NCBI RefSeq assembly: GCF_036321535.1
Contig: NC_087444.1
Span: 43,772,001 to 43,836,000, forward strand
Direction: 5' to 3'
DNA: 64,000 nucleotides
From: Camelus dromedarius
Taxonomy: Eukaryota
Below, piece by piece: positions 50,201 through 63,846 of this stretch; positions within the stretch are counted from its first letter, which is position 1, and the number at the start of each line of letters is the position of its first letter. The notes beneath the pieces are model-generated. The model was not told the origin of the DNA, did not search any database, and saw only the letters and a program-made list of their open reading frames with translations. The position numbers were made by a program, and so were the translations under genes.

Positions 50201-52828
50201 AAACTGTGGCCCAGGCTGGGGTGGAGGCGGGGCTTCTTTCCTTCTCTTGGGATTTTCAATCTGCAGAGTCTGCTGCTGCCAGCAACTCCACGAGAGCTTT
50301 CTGGTGGAAAATCTTCTCTCTCTAAGCCCCGGTTGAATGTCCCCACTGGTTTCCTCCCCACTCTTGGCTTGCGTCTCTCATAGCAGGAAGGTGGTAGTGG
50401 GGTGGCCACAGGCTCAGGGGTTAGGCAGGCTGGCTTCAATTTCTAGCACTGCCAGTCCCCAGCTGTGTGACCATGGGCCAGTCACTTAACCTCTCGGAGT
50501 TCATTTCATCATCTGTTAAGTGAGTTAAAATTACCCTCCTCAGGGGGACTAGAATATTTAATACATTGCCTTGCACTTAAAACCTAGAAAGTGTATACTA
50601 AATCAGACTAAATCAGGCGTGTTCACACATCTTCTCTGCATTTCCTTTATTCTTGGGCACACATTTTTATATCTATGAAATCAGGATTCAATGTGCAACT
50701 GGTGGTTAAGGACCTAATCAAATTCCTGGGCTTGAGGAACGTGGTCTAGGTGTGCCCATGTTCTCACTTTCTGCTTTCAGGTTTGAGCCAGCTGGGTCAG
50801 CCTCTCTCCCCCTGGACTAGAAGCTCCTCTATCCTCCTCAGGTACGGCATCTGCTCTGTGTCCCTCCTGCACCCACACGGGGCCTGTTGAGGCCTCAGAT
50901 GTCTGCTGGGTCAAATTCCCAGAGGGACTTGCCCAGTCATTCAGTGTCAAGGAAGCAGGGCTAGGAGAAAACTCAGGCACCTGATGCCCTCTGGCATCTT
51001 AGCACACTCTCTGGAGCCCTCTGACTGCCCCCGGTCTCACACAGGCCGGGACTCCAGCATCCCTGCTATCAGCCTTAAGCAAATCCATCTCTATCTGAGC
51101 TGTCAGGTTGGAAGGGACACTCAGGGTTGAAGAATGTGGCTCTGAAACCCCAGGGGGCTCTACCAATGGCTTCCCAAGGTTCAATCCAGGGGGACTGCCT
51201 CTCAGCTTGGAAGAAAGTACTCCTTCCTGCATGAAATGGTGGGAGGCTGGGTACCTCCTCAACAGGGTCCCAAGGAGGAGGGGGCTCTGACCTGCTTACC
51301 ACTTCCCATCCACTCCCCCTCATGCTATTTTCTGCCCTGCTGTCAGCAGAGCCCATACCTGAGGACGGAGAGATGGACACCATGGTCCCTCACCTCCGTA
51401 TACGGGTAATGATTCACCACTACCCCTAAAAGAAATTAAAGTCAGCCTCGAGTATATAAGGCAGGCTCCGTCTGCATAACACACAACAACACAACTCATC
51501 TCCTTGTTTATTAGCCAAGATTGAACAAAAGACCCTCATTCTGGGAAATAACTTATTCTACAAATATTGAACACAAACCATATGTAAACACTGTGCCAAG
51601 TGCTGGGACTTGCTTTGAGTTCTGGGTTCTGGGTTTGGCTAGAGGCTTTCCCTGACCTGGGCCTTAATTTTCCCACCTGTGAAATAGGGTAGCTTTGGTT
51701 CTGCTCACTCTCCAGGGTGCTTATGGAGCATGAGGCCTGGAGGAGAAAAACGGGTCACATGATAAAGTATAGCACAAGGTCCAGAAGTGAGGGTCCGGTA
51801 TTATTCTTTAAACTCCTTCCACCTGAGACCAGGCTTACATGCACTAGGTGCTCAGTAAATATTGGTGAATGGGGACAGGGAGGATGTAAGTCAGGTTTTC
51901 TTAACTTTTGTGGGCACTGACTGTTCTGAGCATCAATGAAAACTAGGAGCCTTTCCATGGAAAATGCACGCGTGGGCAGACCCATTGTTTTGCACATGAT
52001 TTCAGGAGATTCATGGACCCCTGAAGCCCCAGATCCTGGAATCAGAAGTCTTGCTCCACCAGTTCTGGAGCTAGGGGGCCATTCACCCTGATCTGGGTCT
52101 GTCCTTGCAGACTGCCACAGCTGAGTGGGGCGGGGTATCTGATGGCCCTGGAGCTAAGGGCTGATGCTGGCTGCTCCAACCCCCAACCACGCTGAGACAC
52201 TCTGCTTTAGCCCAAAGCTTTGGGCAAGGTTATTCTGGACCTGGCCCAGGTGCACCCATGGCTGTCTGCAGGACATCATGCCTCCTTTCTGTAGGTTGGT
52301 TGGCAGATAAGTTCTAGTCCTAAAGCTCTGTGGACAGAGCAGATAACTATTTGCTTACAAGGTATGTTCGTTGGCTTTGGGGAACAGGAAAGTTTCTTCT
52401 CTGAGTGGTCTCAGGCACCTCATCTTACTTCTCGGCTTTGCAGGGAATGGAGTCCATAGGTCTGGCCAGCATTCCAGGACCTTTCTCTACATCTGCAGGG
52501 GCACCCCAGGCCCACGGTGTACACTGGTATGGCAAGGCCTTCTGAGATAGGTGTCTAAAAATCCTTCTCGATCCCCTCTTTTCTCTTTAAGGCTCAAGTT
52601 CAGAGTCTGAGGTGGAAGGGGCCTGGTTATAGGGGCACAAAGAAAACCTAATTCCCAGGCCTGCCTCTGCCCCTTACCCCTGGCTGGGGCTTGGGGCTTC
52701 GATGTTGACTACCTGGGGTCACCAGACATCTTTTCCAGCCTCCCACCAGTCCTCCAGGAGTTGGCAGGAGGCAGGTAAGAGTGAGATATCATCATCCCGA
52801 GGTCCTGACCCTCCCCCAGCCCCTGTAA

Positions 52829-52830
<2 letters not shown>

Positions 52831-52886
<56 letters not shown>
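52831..52886. repeat. (CA)28 microsatellite
   Basis: Direct count. Confidence 0.97.
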
Positions 52887-52888
<2 letters not shown>

Positions 52889-52917
52889 GGTGTGTTGCCT
52901 CCCTGTGGAGCATAAGG

Positions 52918-52923
52918 TTTATT
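52918..52923 (-). terminator. AATAAA poly(A) signal of SPMIP8/TEPP
   Basis: tttatt on plus, about 117 nt after the stop codon. Confidence 0.75.
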
Positions 52924-53039
52924 TCCAGTCAGGCTGAACTCTTAGGAAGATGGGTGCTGCCACCATACACCCTCTGTCTTGCTGGGGAACCTGAGGTAGC
53001 CTGATCCGGCAGCCTGGGGGTCAGCCTCCTTTTCACAGA

Positions 53040-53070
53040 TTAATGCCAGGGGGTCAGGTAGTTGACACGA
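53040..53070 (-). CDS. SPMIP8: SPMIP8/TEPP last coding exon
   Basis: (S)RVNYLTPWH*; AG acceptor 53071-53072. Confidence 0.92.
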
Positions 53071-53289
53071 CTGTGGAGAGAAACAGGGGTGAGGTGGGGC
53101 CTCCAAGGTGTCCTGGGGAAAAATCAGGCTGTCCTTCTCTAGGCCTTCCCCTTGAAACCCACCTTCCTGCTCTGAAAATGCAGTCTCTCTATGGCTCAAG
53201 AGCCTTTGATGGCTCCCTATTTCCTTTAATATATTTTTGGTTGCTCTATTTGACTTTCAAGCCCCACTTCCAGTTGCCTCTTCTTTATC

Positions 53290-53780
53290 TCCTGTGAGCT
53301 TTACTCATTTTTCAATCATTTAGTGAACCTATTCCGCCAATCATTATATAGTAGTAGAAAAACAGTAAGTGTTCCCCTGTGAGTATACATGGTGGGTGAG
53401 GGAAGGCAAACTTCCTATCAATAATTAAAAAGCAATAGTCTGGGTGCTCTAAGATTGGGAGATATGCACATGTGGGGACCAACTGGAGTGAGGTTTGAGC
53501 TGAAGGGGAGAGGCAGAGGATCAGGGAAGACTTCAAGGAGGATGGGACATTGGCGCTGGGCTTTAAAGAGTAAGGAGAAATTTGCCAGGCAGAGAAAGAA
53601 GGCTCTGAAACAGCACAAGCAAAGATGTGAAGTTCTTGGTTGCACTCTTGGTTTGGGTCATTCCAGGAGTCTGGTACTGCTGAAGTGTAGGAAATGGAGC
53701 TGGAGAGGTGGGAGATGGCCAGAGTATGAAGGTGCTTGAATATCTTGGACACTCCTGCTAGGAATATGAGCCCCATCCCT
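53290..53780 (-). mobile_element. LINE-2 fragment
   Basis: cagggaagacttcaaggaggatgggacattggcgctgggctttaaagagtaagg, typical of reverse-oriented L2. Confidence 0.55.
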
Positions 53781-54202
53781 TACCACCTAACCTGCATCCT
53801 GGAAGGCAAGTTTTTGGCTCTTCCATCCTATTTCTTATATATATATTTACAATTCCAGCCCCTGCACTTCTTCCAGGTACCACCACCACCACCACTATCC
53901 TGGACCCTCTTTGTCTTTTGGCCTCATTGGGGCGAATTGAGTGGGAGATGCACTTTGCTCCCTCCATCTTCTAGTGGGCTACACCTTTGCCAGGCAAGGA
54001 TCTCTTCAGAGGGAAGCCCTTTGGCATCCCCGACCCCTACATCGCCAAGTAGGATACTACTCCCCTGGCGCCTCCCTAAAGAGGCCCCAAGAGTGGAGAG
54101 GGGTCTGAGAATTGCCTGAGTCCTTAGGCTGCCCCTCAGGGCCAGGTGTGATGCGGGGATGGAGTCATTCCCTGCCCACCTCCCTTCTAGTTCCAGCGCT
54201 AC

Positions 54203-54235
54203 CTGTAGTTGGAGCCGAAGCGTCGGAAGGCATTC
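54203..54235 (-). CDS. SPMIP8: SPMIP8/TEPP coding exon 6
   Basis: (L)NAFRRFGSNY(S); 33 nt; AG/GT. Confidence 0.9.
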
Positions 54236-54589
54236 CTGGAAAAGAGAGAGGAGGGTGAGGCCAGGGTGCAGAAGGGTGATCCTCTCTGCGAACACTACTT
54301 TCACGTTGGGAGGCGCTGTGCCTTCAGGATTACACTTGCACTTTCGTCCCATCTTAAGACCTCCACTCTAAAGGGTGAAGTTGCTAGGGACTGGATGACA
54401 GGATGCTCCATTTGGTAGGAATTAAACTTTTACTCATTTTGAAATTGCAACTTTCTTGTGGTGTATTGGAGCCAATTATTCCTAGGTCTCACATATTCAA
54501 GGGCCACTAGGTGTGCGCTGGTGAAAGCAGCCAAGATCCCACCCTCCCTCCTCCAGGTATGGGGTCCCGGGGCCTTGTGGGGTCACTTA

Positions 54590-54799
<210 letters not shown>

Positions 54800-54866
54800 T
54801 CAGTGTTAGCCGATCCTCCCTAGCCCCCGGTCCCCCAGATATGAGTTAGCACGCAGCCCTTCCTAC

Positions 54867-54928
54867 CCGCCAATTCTGGGTCACCTCCGGCTTCAGGTAC
54901 CGAACCGCGTAGCCGCTGAAACTCTCAA
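54867..54928 (-). CDS. SPMIP8: SPMIP8/TEPP coding exon 4
   Basis: (V)ESFSGYAVRYLKPEVTQNWR; 62 nt; AG/GT. Confidence 0.92.
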
Positions 54929-55301
54929 CTGCGGAGAGAGGGCGGGTCTCCGGCCCCCAGTCCGCCCAGAGCAAGCCCCACCCCTCCTTTACCTGAGCCC
55001 CGCCCCTAGATCAAGCCACGCCCCACGCCTGGTGCTAGAACTGGTCCCGCCTCCGGACAGTGCAGCTCCAGTCCCAGAACCAACCCTGCCCTCCGCCTCC
55101 GCCCCACCGGCTCCCCCGGCTCAGACCTGGTGCCGCCCCCTCCCCAAGACAAGCCCCGCCTCTGTGAGCTTCAGTCCGTCTCAGTCTCCCTCCCCTGAGT
55201 GCCCCAGCTGCTCTTAGCTTCCCCTCCCTGTCTTTGACGCAGCCCACCCCGCGAAGCCTCCGGTCCGAGGTCCGGGCTCGAGGGACCCAGCACCTCCGTT
55301 A

Positions 55302-55535
<234 letters not shown>

Positions 55536-55763
55536 TCAGGACGCGGCAGGCCAACTGACACCACCCCTTAGGCGGGAGCTGCCACTTGGCCCATCTGACC
55601 GAAGGACCTCCCGAAGCCCCTGAAGGAGATGGGAAAGGGGACAGGAGTCCCAAGCAGGCAGTGGAGAAAAAGAGCAGAGTGGAGCCCAGGACCCAAGGTG
55701 CTTGGGGCTGGATGCGCGGGACATTCACGTCCTCTTCCCAGAGTAAACTCAGGGCCAGGGTCA

Positions 55764-55886
<123 letters not shown>

Positions 55887-55939
55887 TCAGGCCCACACAG
55901 GAGAGGTCTGGTCCACGCTGCTTTAGCAGGTTTTTGAAA

Positions 55940-56531
55940 TACTTGACAACTTTAAAATCAAGTAGATTTCACTTAACATACCCCTTATAACAGAATAAAC
56001 TCCAACTAGATCAGATTTCAAGGTGAAAAATTAAACCATTGAAGTGCTAGAAAAAACATGGGTAAATTTCTTTTAATCTTGGGGTGGGAAGGCCTAGCCA
56101 ACTCTAATTTAAAATCAGGTAGCCTTTACTTCAAATAAGTAAGTAAGTAAGTAAGTAGTAAAATACACCATAAAAAAAATAAAATCAGGTAGCCTTAAGA
56201 AAAGATCGATAACTTGGACTACATAAAAATAAGCTTTTGCATTACAACATAAGAAAACATAAAGAAAGTCAAAAGACAAGTAGGAAAAAATATTTCCACA
56301 TATTTTCCCTTATATTAAAAGAGCTCCTGGAAATCAAGACTAAATACAATAGAAGAGAGAAAAAATAAAAATGGCTAAACAGGTATACAAGACATCTTTG
56401 GGGATAATTTGGGACATTTTAAGACGGGCTGAATATTAGATGTTAGGGAACTATTTTTAACTTTCTCAGATGTGATAATGGTATTGTGTCATGTAGGAGG
56501 ATGTTCTTATCTTTGGGAGCTGCTTGCTGAA

Positions 56532-56572
<41 letters not shown>

Positions 56573-56880
56573 TGGAAACAAGTATGACAAAACATTAATT
56601 GAAGCCGGTGGAAGGTAATGGATGTTCATAGTATTATTAGTCTTTCAATTTTCCTCTATGTTTGAATATGTTCATAATAAAAAAAAGTTGGGGAGCAAAG
56701 AATATGTTTGTATTTGCAGTGGTAAACAGTGGAAGGGTATCTCAGGAACTAAGAGTGGTTACCTGTGAGTGGGGGTTGGGAGAAGGGGGAGGAATGAGAA
56801 TTGTTTAAAAAAGTACATTGCTATAGCATTTTGAATTTTTTTTTAGCATTTTGAATTTTGAAAGTTTGACCATTACTTCT
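55940..56880 (+). mobile_element. Old L1M fragments, with (TAAG)n and (GT)n(GA)n simple repeats inside
   Basis: A-rich ORF2-like text (aaaccattgaagtgctagaaaaaacatggg, gataacttggactacataaaaat) and L1M 3'UTR-like text (tgtgataatggtattgtg). Confidence 0.6.
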
Positions 56881-57199
56881 ATTAAAAATGTACTTGCAAT
56901 AAAAAGCATATCTAAATCAAGAGCTCTCCCTAAAAATCTCGATTCCTGGCTTCTCTTGGAAGCCAGGGAATTGAGAGAACTGTGCTGACCCTTCCCACAC
57001 AGCAGTCAGTGGGAGCCCCCTTTAGAGGGGAGGGTGTGAAGGCTCCCCTTCACCTCTCCCCTCTCCCCTTTTGCCTCCCCACCCACTTTTGGCATTTGTG
57101 TTTCTCATCTTGGCCCCAGGGGTCTGTGAGATCTCTGGAGATCTCCATGCCACCACTGACATCCTCTGAAACCTGGGTATCACCCTGGACTCACCCCTC

Positions 57200-57710
57200 T
57201 TGCCCCTCTACCCACACTGATACCAAATCCTATTACTTTGTCTCCTAAATACTTTCTAAAACCCTCCCCAGAGGCCAAGATACTATCAATCCTTCCTGAA
57301 GACTGTAGTCCCTCCCAGGATCCTAACACCCCCCTTTCCAATTATCCACCTCTAGTCTCTCTGGGCCTCCACCACCCTTCCCCCACCCCTGCCCCAACGC
57401 TCAGACCTCTTTTCCACTTAAAAGTCTTCAGAGGTTCTTATCTACCTCCAGAGAAAGTCCAGACCCCTGAGCTTAGCAACAGGGCCCCCCTGAGCTGTGT
57501 CCTCCTCCCCAGCCACAGCTCCTGCTGTTCCTGCACACTTTATCCTCCGGCCCAACCAAAGCCCTCAAGTTCATCAACACCTCGCATAGCTTTTCCCCTC
57601 CAGGCCTCTGCACATGCTGTTCCTCTAGCTGGAACACCTTTGCTTCCCTGCAGACCCAGAACAGTGTCAGGCACAAAGTAGGCGCTTAATAAATGTGCTG
57701 AAATGAACAA
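57200..57710 (+). mobile_element. LINE-2 3' end
   Basis: ctctgcacatgctgttcctctagctggaacacc...gtgtcaggcacaaagtaggcgcttaataaatgtgctgaaatgaa. Confidence 0.7.
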
Positions 57711-58110
57711 GTGTGGATGTCCATGGGGCACCAGGCCTGCACACCCTAGCTTCTCAATGGATGAAGGGCTCTTCCTTGGCCTCGTGTGGCCCTTTTACCC
57801 TGGAGGCTCCTAGGTCCACCTCTCTTTCATGGGAGGTGTCTTCCTCTTCCTTTTTCAAAGGGAGAGATGATTGGGTAGAAGTTGTCATTTTTGCCATTAT
57901 TATTCCTCTTCCTCCTGCAACTGCTGACCTCTGCACAGTTCTCTCTCCATTAACAATAATAACAGCAACAATGTTATCTCTGAGCACATATTATGTGCCA
58001 GGCACTCCTCTAAGTGCTTTTCAAGCTGTGTCTCATTTTAATCTCACAGTGGCCCTGAGAGGCTGACCCTCTTATCATCCCCATTTTACTGATAAGGAAA
58101 CAGAGGCTCA

Positions 58111-58581
<471 letters not shown>

Positions 58582-59239
58582 CTACTGTGTGCCAGGAGCT
58601 ATGGTGAGGGGTCCATTCAAATACACACACAGAGAGGATGTGCTAAGGTCTCTGGCAGAGGTCAGAACAGAGTGTGTGTGTCTGGGGCAGCTGGGGTTGG
58701 GGCATTCAGGGAATGGCCTAAAAGAGGTGGCATTTGTGTCTATTCTTCAATAATGAGCAGGAAGCATCAGCAGCAAGTGGATTCAGAATTTAGCTCAATA
58801 TGCCTCTGGGTAACTAATTATGGACTTTTGGTCTTAGCTGAGGTTTCTGGTATTTACTCAAAATTCTACAGGGAGATATAGAAGAGTCTTAAGTAAGGGG
58901 ATAGACATGATAGATATGAACCAGAAAAAATATGGCTGGTTCCCCAGGGCTTCCTTTGAAAAAGCAGGTAGTCCCAGAGCCTTATTTCCTTTAGCCTTTA
59001 AACTTTAGCGAGAATCTGTTGAGTCAGGTTGCTTTCTTCCTGACCCCAGTTAGAGGTGAGAGATGGAGGTGGGCAGGAGGAGAGAGGACCTTGGGCCATG
59101 AAGAAATGGGGATGGGGCATGGTGACGAGTGAGGAAACTGCCACCAGGGAAGGGCCTGCGTGGGGAGGGATGGGGAAGTGGGGCAGTGGGAGGAGGGGAA
59201 AGGGAGGGCTCCCTGCTCCTGACCCACCAACAGTGGTAC

Positions 59240-59400
59240 CTCATCTGCAGGCCATGGGCTCCACGTGTACAGACTTCAAGAATTTTCTGCTCTTCTGACT
59301 GCTCAGTGGGAAAAAGAGGCAGGGAGATGGGCCGAGCGCCAGTGCCTTATGAGACAGTAGAAGAATAAAGGAACATTCTGCAGAGACAATGCCCATGGCA
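59240..59400 (-). other. Probable SPMIP8 exon 1 carrying an in-frame upstream ORF (59241-59396)
   Basis: Donor GAG|GTACCA at 59240/59239; 52-codon frame from gccATGG; X-box-like motifs immediately upstream. Confidence 0.55.
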
Positions 59401-59428
59401 GCCTGATTGTGAGGGCACTCGCTCCTCG

Positions 59429-59442
59429 GCTACCCTGGCAAC
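59429..59442. promoter_or_regulatory. RFX X-box-like motif GCTACCCTGGCAAC
   Basis: 12/14 match to GTTRCCATGGYAAC, upstream of an axonemal gene. Confidence 0.55.
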
Positions 59443-60429
59443 CGCAGGCTCCTAGGGGAAGAGCCTGCTGCTGGAGGGTCCTTGCACTGGCCTCCTCTTT
59501 CAGCCTTCCTGAAGGTTGCTGTCTCCCAGGCCTCAGCACATGCTGGGCATGCTGGGAAATATCAGACAGGGGGATGGGGTCCCAGGGGGTGGCTATACCC
59601 GGACTCGCCAGGGCAGGCTCTGTGACCTTAGACTAGTTATTGTCTCTCACTGGGCCTCAAAGCTCCCATTTGTGTTAGGCAAGGGCCCTGGGCCCCCATG
59701 AGGGGTGTCTATGAGCTGAAAGGGCACTCCCCTCCTTACAAACCTCAGGAAAGAGGGCACTGCCCTACCAACTAGTCCTTGGGTCTCTAGGGGTGGAGAT
59801 TAGTGGCTGGCAGGATCTGGGGTCAGCATAAGGGGATCAGGGAGAGTGGTGGCCTCAGCAGGACAGGGATTAGCAGGTGATACTCCACCCCCAGCCCTCT
59901 GCAGGCCTGCAGCCTCCCTTCTGCCTTCCCAAAAAAGCAAGATCACGAGGGCCTAAGCACTGCACCCCTAAACCCTGGGCCTGCCAACCACCCTGGCCAC
60001 AACCATGGAGATGGACCCTCCAGGTGAGGAAACCTTGGGGAGACTCTAACTCATTTGCATATATTGGCATATGCTTTGCATACACCTGCCCAGGTGCTGA
60101 GCCTGATGGGCCCGGGGACCCCTACTATGAGGTTCCTGTAGGATTTGGCTCCCTAGTTGCTCATCTTCCAGTGCTGCTTCCAGGCAGGCTTTGCTCTTCC
60201 TCCAGTGCTCCATACAGCCCCAGAGCAGCATCTCCAAGTCCCATCCCTTACCAAAAACTTTTCTAGGGTTGACCTCATTTGCCATCCTACCCCAATGTAT
60301 TTTTAACTTTATGAGTTTAAAAAATAAAACCTTTAAACTCCTTTAAAGTTAAAAATATAAAATATAGAAAATGCATAAATGTATAATGTAACTCATAATT
60401 TATAAAGTAAGACCCCCATATATCTACCA

Positions 60430-60800
60430 GTCAGACCAAGACATAAGTACTACTTTGCAAAACAGTGTAGCAGTTTCTTAAAATGTGAAACATAAATTTA
60501 CTATATGACCCAGCAATTCTATCCCAAGGAATCATCCCAAGAGAAATGAAAATGTATGTCCACACAAAGACTTGCATGCAGATGTTCATAGCAGGATTTT
60601 ATAATAGCCCCAAAGTGGAAACAACGTTAGCATCCATTGACTAGTGTAGAGATAAACAGACTGTGGTGTATCTGTACCATGAAATACTCTTGGGAATCAA
60701 AAAAAAGAAAAGAAGTGCAGATACATGCTACAATGTGGATGATCATCAAAAACATTATGCTAAATGAAAGAAACCAGACACAAAAATGCTCCACACTATG
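60430..60800 (+). mobile_element. L1M fragment (ORF2 C-terminus/3'UTR)
   Basis: tatgacccagcaattc...aatgaaaatgtatgtccacacaaagacttgcatgcagatgttcatagca...aaacattatgctaaatgaaagaaaccagaca. Confidence 0.8.
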
Positions 60801-61619
60801 CCTACCCCTGCTCCCCTGCACCTCACACAGGTCTCTGCCCTCTGTGTTTGTTTCACAGTGCCCAGCATATTTGCAATATTTCTTTATTTATTGTTAATCT
60901 TTTTAATTTCTGAATCCTACATTGTAATGTAAGCTCCGTGAGGACAGGTCCTATGTCTGTCTTTCTCAGTGTGCCAAAGCTGGCACGCTGCCCGGCACAT
61001 AGGAAATGTAGATGATCAAGTCAAGTCCCTGCCCCTCTGCTGATCAACACTGCCTGGCCCCCACCCAGGTACTGTCACCTCACCGAGCCCCTTTAAATGC
61101 TGGGCCTCTGTCCCTCTCCCTGTCTCCCTGAGAGCTCTGTCTACACCCCTCCAGGGTCAGACCTCAGTTCAGGGGGCCAGCTCCAATGTCAGTCCTTGGA
61201 TCCTCCCTAAAGGCCTGGCCCTGGGACCACAGTCACTCTGGCAGATCCACAGGAAGGAGCTGCTGAGGCCTTGCCCAAACTGCAGAGAATTCTGGGACAG
61301 AGGGACTCGGCTTGAGTCCCTGCACTGGGGCTGGAGAGCTGGGTGTGCCTCCTGCCACTGCTGACTGAGAGTTGACAAGCCCCTGCCACCCTGAGAGTCT
61401 CCCAGAACCAGGTGGGGACTCCGGGCTGTTATTCTCCACCAGTAAACCCTGTGGGTTGGCCAAGGCATGTGGGGAACCAGGTCCCCTAGGAGCTCATGGT
61501 GTACCAGACCAGGGCCATGTGGGGCTCCTTCCCTGGGGCCCAGATCCCTCCTGCCCCCTGGGGGTTTGCTGCCTGCTCTCTTTGCATCAATCTCCTCTTT
61601 TCCACCACCACCTCCCCAC

Positions 61620-61680
61620 CCTGTTCAGCACGTCCTAATCCTTTGCACACAGCCCTGCTGCCACCAATTAATCCCTGCTG
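61620..61680 (+). promoter_or_regulatory. CNGB1 rod promoter: two CRX/OTX sites (TAATCC 61636-61641 and 61669-61674) and a MARE/NRL half-site (TGCTGA on minus, 61625-61630)
   Basis: Motif cluster directly upstream of an exon ending in CAG|GTAACT. Confidence 0.65.
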
Positions 61681-61748
61681 TGTCTGGGAGGCCAGCTGAG
61701 AGTAGCAGGAAGAAGGCAGTTGCTGGCTGGTGGACGGCATCTGAGCAG
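61680..61748 (+). other. CNGB1: Probable CNGB1 non-coding exon 1 (start approximate)
   Basis: Donor CAG|GTAACT at 61748/61749 downstream of CRX sites; next exon starts 8 nt before the ATG. Confidence 0.6.
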
Positions 61749-63846
61749 GTAACTCAGGATGGGGGAGGTGGAGGCTCGGTGGGACCCTTGATGGGACCCC
61801 CTCCATGCTTTCCTCCTGGCAAGGCATTTAGACTTGGAGAACTGGGCAAGGCTGGAATCCTGAGGCTTCCCTCTCCCCTTGTTGGGGCTCAAACCTTAGT
61901 GAACGTCCAAGGCAGCTCGTGAAGTGTGGATTCCAGGTCCTGCAGAAGGTTTAGAGGGGCCTAGGAATCTGCATTTCCCCAGCTCCCCAGAAGATTCTGA
62001 AAGGCTGGTGGTCCCAGCACCAGAGTTGCCCTGAGCTACCACTCTCAGGTCCCCCTTCCGCCTGAGCCTCCCTCACCAACATGGAGTCAGCAGGGACATG
62101 GCAAAAAGATGGGAGGGACCTACAAGTGTCTCTATCCAGGAGAAAATGGCTGGGTCTGGGAGAAGAAGGGAAGTTGGGAAAGGGGAATGCTTTCCTAGTC
62201 ATTTCCAGAAGGTTCAGAAACACATGCAGAATTGCTGCCCACTGGGAAAGGGCTTGCAGGACTGGCCTGCAGAAGCAGCCAATCCTGGGCAAATGTCAGT
62301 GCTCCTGGGGTGGATGTGGGATGCTTGGATTTGGGCAGACCTGAGCGTAAACTCAGCTTAACCACTTACTGGCTGTGTCACTTTGGGCAAGTCAGCTGAC
62401 CTCTCTGTGCCTCCATTTCCTTAACTGTGAAGCTGTGATGAAAATGCTTATTTTACTGAGGCTGAGTGAGAGGTGGTGAGAATGAGGGTGAGGTGAACAC
62501 GACATGTGGGGCTGCCTGTGGCTGGCGGGGGCCGGTGGAATCTGCCATTCTAAACATGCAATCTTGGACTCTACCAGCCTTGGAAATCAGTGTCTATACC
62601 CCACACCCAGTGAGGAAATGGAAGACGGGAAGTGTCATGTCTGGCTCAAGTTCACCTTTTTGGGTCTGAGTCAGAGACCTGACCCCTTACTCAAAGCTGA
62701 AGCTGGGCTGCCAAGGGCAGAGCGGGGACAGAAGTCGGGGCTGTGAGTAGAAGGGCCAGCAGCATGGCCAGGGGCTGCAGGGAGCTGGGCACTGGGGTGG
62801 GGAATCCTGGCCCCATGCCTGCCCTTTTCAGCCTGGGGCCAGGGTCTCTGGCAGAGGAGGGGCAGGGTAGCAGTCTACGAATGCCTTGGCTGCTCATGGC
62901 TGAGTGGGGAGCATGCACTGTGCCGGGCGGGGCCTCTGAAGGGCCCTTCGAGGCTGGGAGATTGCAGATGTTGATCTATGTGATGCCCTCTGGGTCAGGC
63001 CATCCTGCAGGAATATAGTCATAAGGGCAGGGCTGCCCATTCCCTGAAGATAAATAGTGCCAGAAACTGAACCTGTAGACGGTAGGGCTGGACTATCACA
63101 GTAAGCCATGGAAGGGGGGCTTAACTATCATTTTATCTTAAAACTGTTTAAATTATGAAAATAGGTTAATTTTATCTTATATTAAACAAAAAATATTTCC
63201 ATTCATATGCTACTCAAAATGTGTTTTAAAACAGTTTAAATGGGATTATGCTGAACATGATAGTCTATAATTAGCATTTTTTGCTTGACATCCAACATTT
63301 ATTAAGCTTTCAGGGTGTGCCAGTCACTGTTCTCATCAGTTTACTTTATCCTCACAATAATCTCTGCCAGGTAAGTCCTGTTAACATCCCCATTTTATAG
63401 ACAAGCAAACAGAGGCATGGAGAGTTTAACTGATCTGCTCACAACTGGAGTTTGGAGTGTGTAGATTTTTCCACATGAGTTCAAATAGATCTGCCTTAAA
63501 AAATGGCTCCATAGTATTCCAATATTGGATGTATTATAATTTATTTAATATGTGCCCCTCTTACAGATGAACAATTAGATACTACCCAATAACCAGTCTC
63601 CTACTGCTGGATTATTTAGAGGTTTTTCATCTTTTGCTCTCACACTGGTTGTGACCAACCTCTTTGTACACATATGTCTGTGGGCTTGAGCATTTCTAGA
63701 AGGTGAACACCTGGAGGTAGAATTGCAAAAATGTTTTTAAAGAAAGAAAAAGGAAATATGTGACCCACAAAAGCAGTCCACGAATGATGGGAGGAACTGG
63801 GAGGACTCTGGGGAGGCCTAAGGACTCTGTCTCCACAGGTGTCAGA

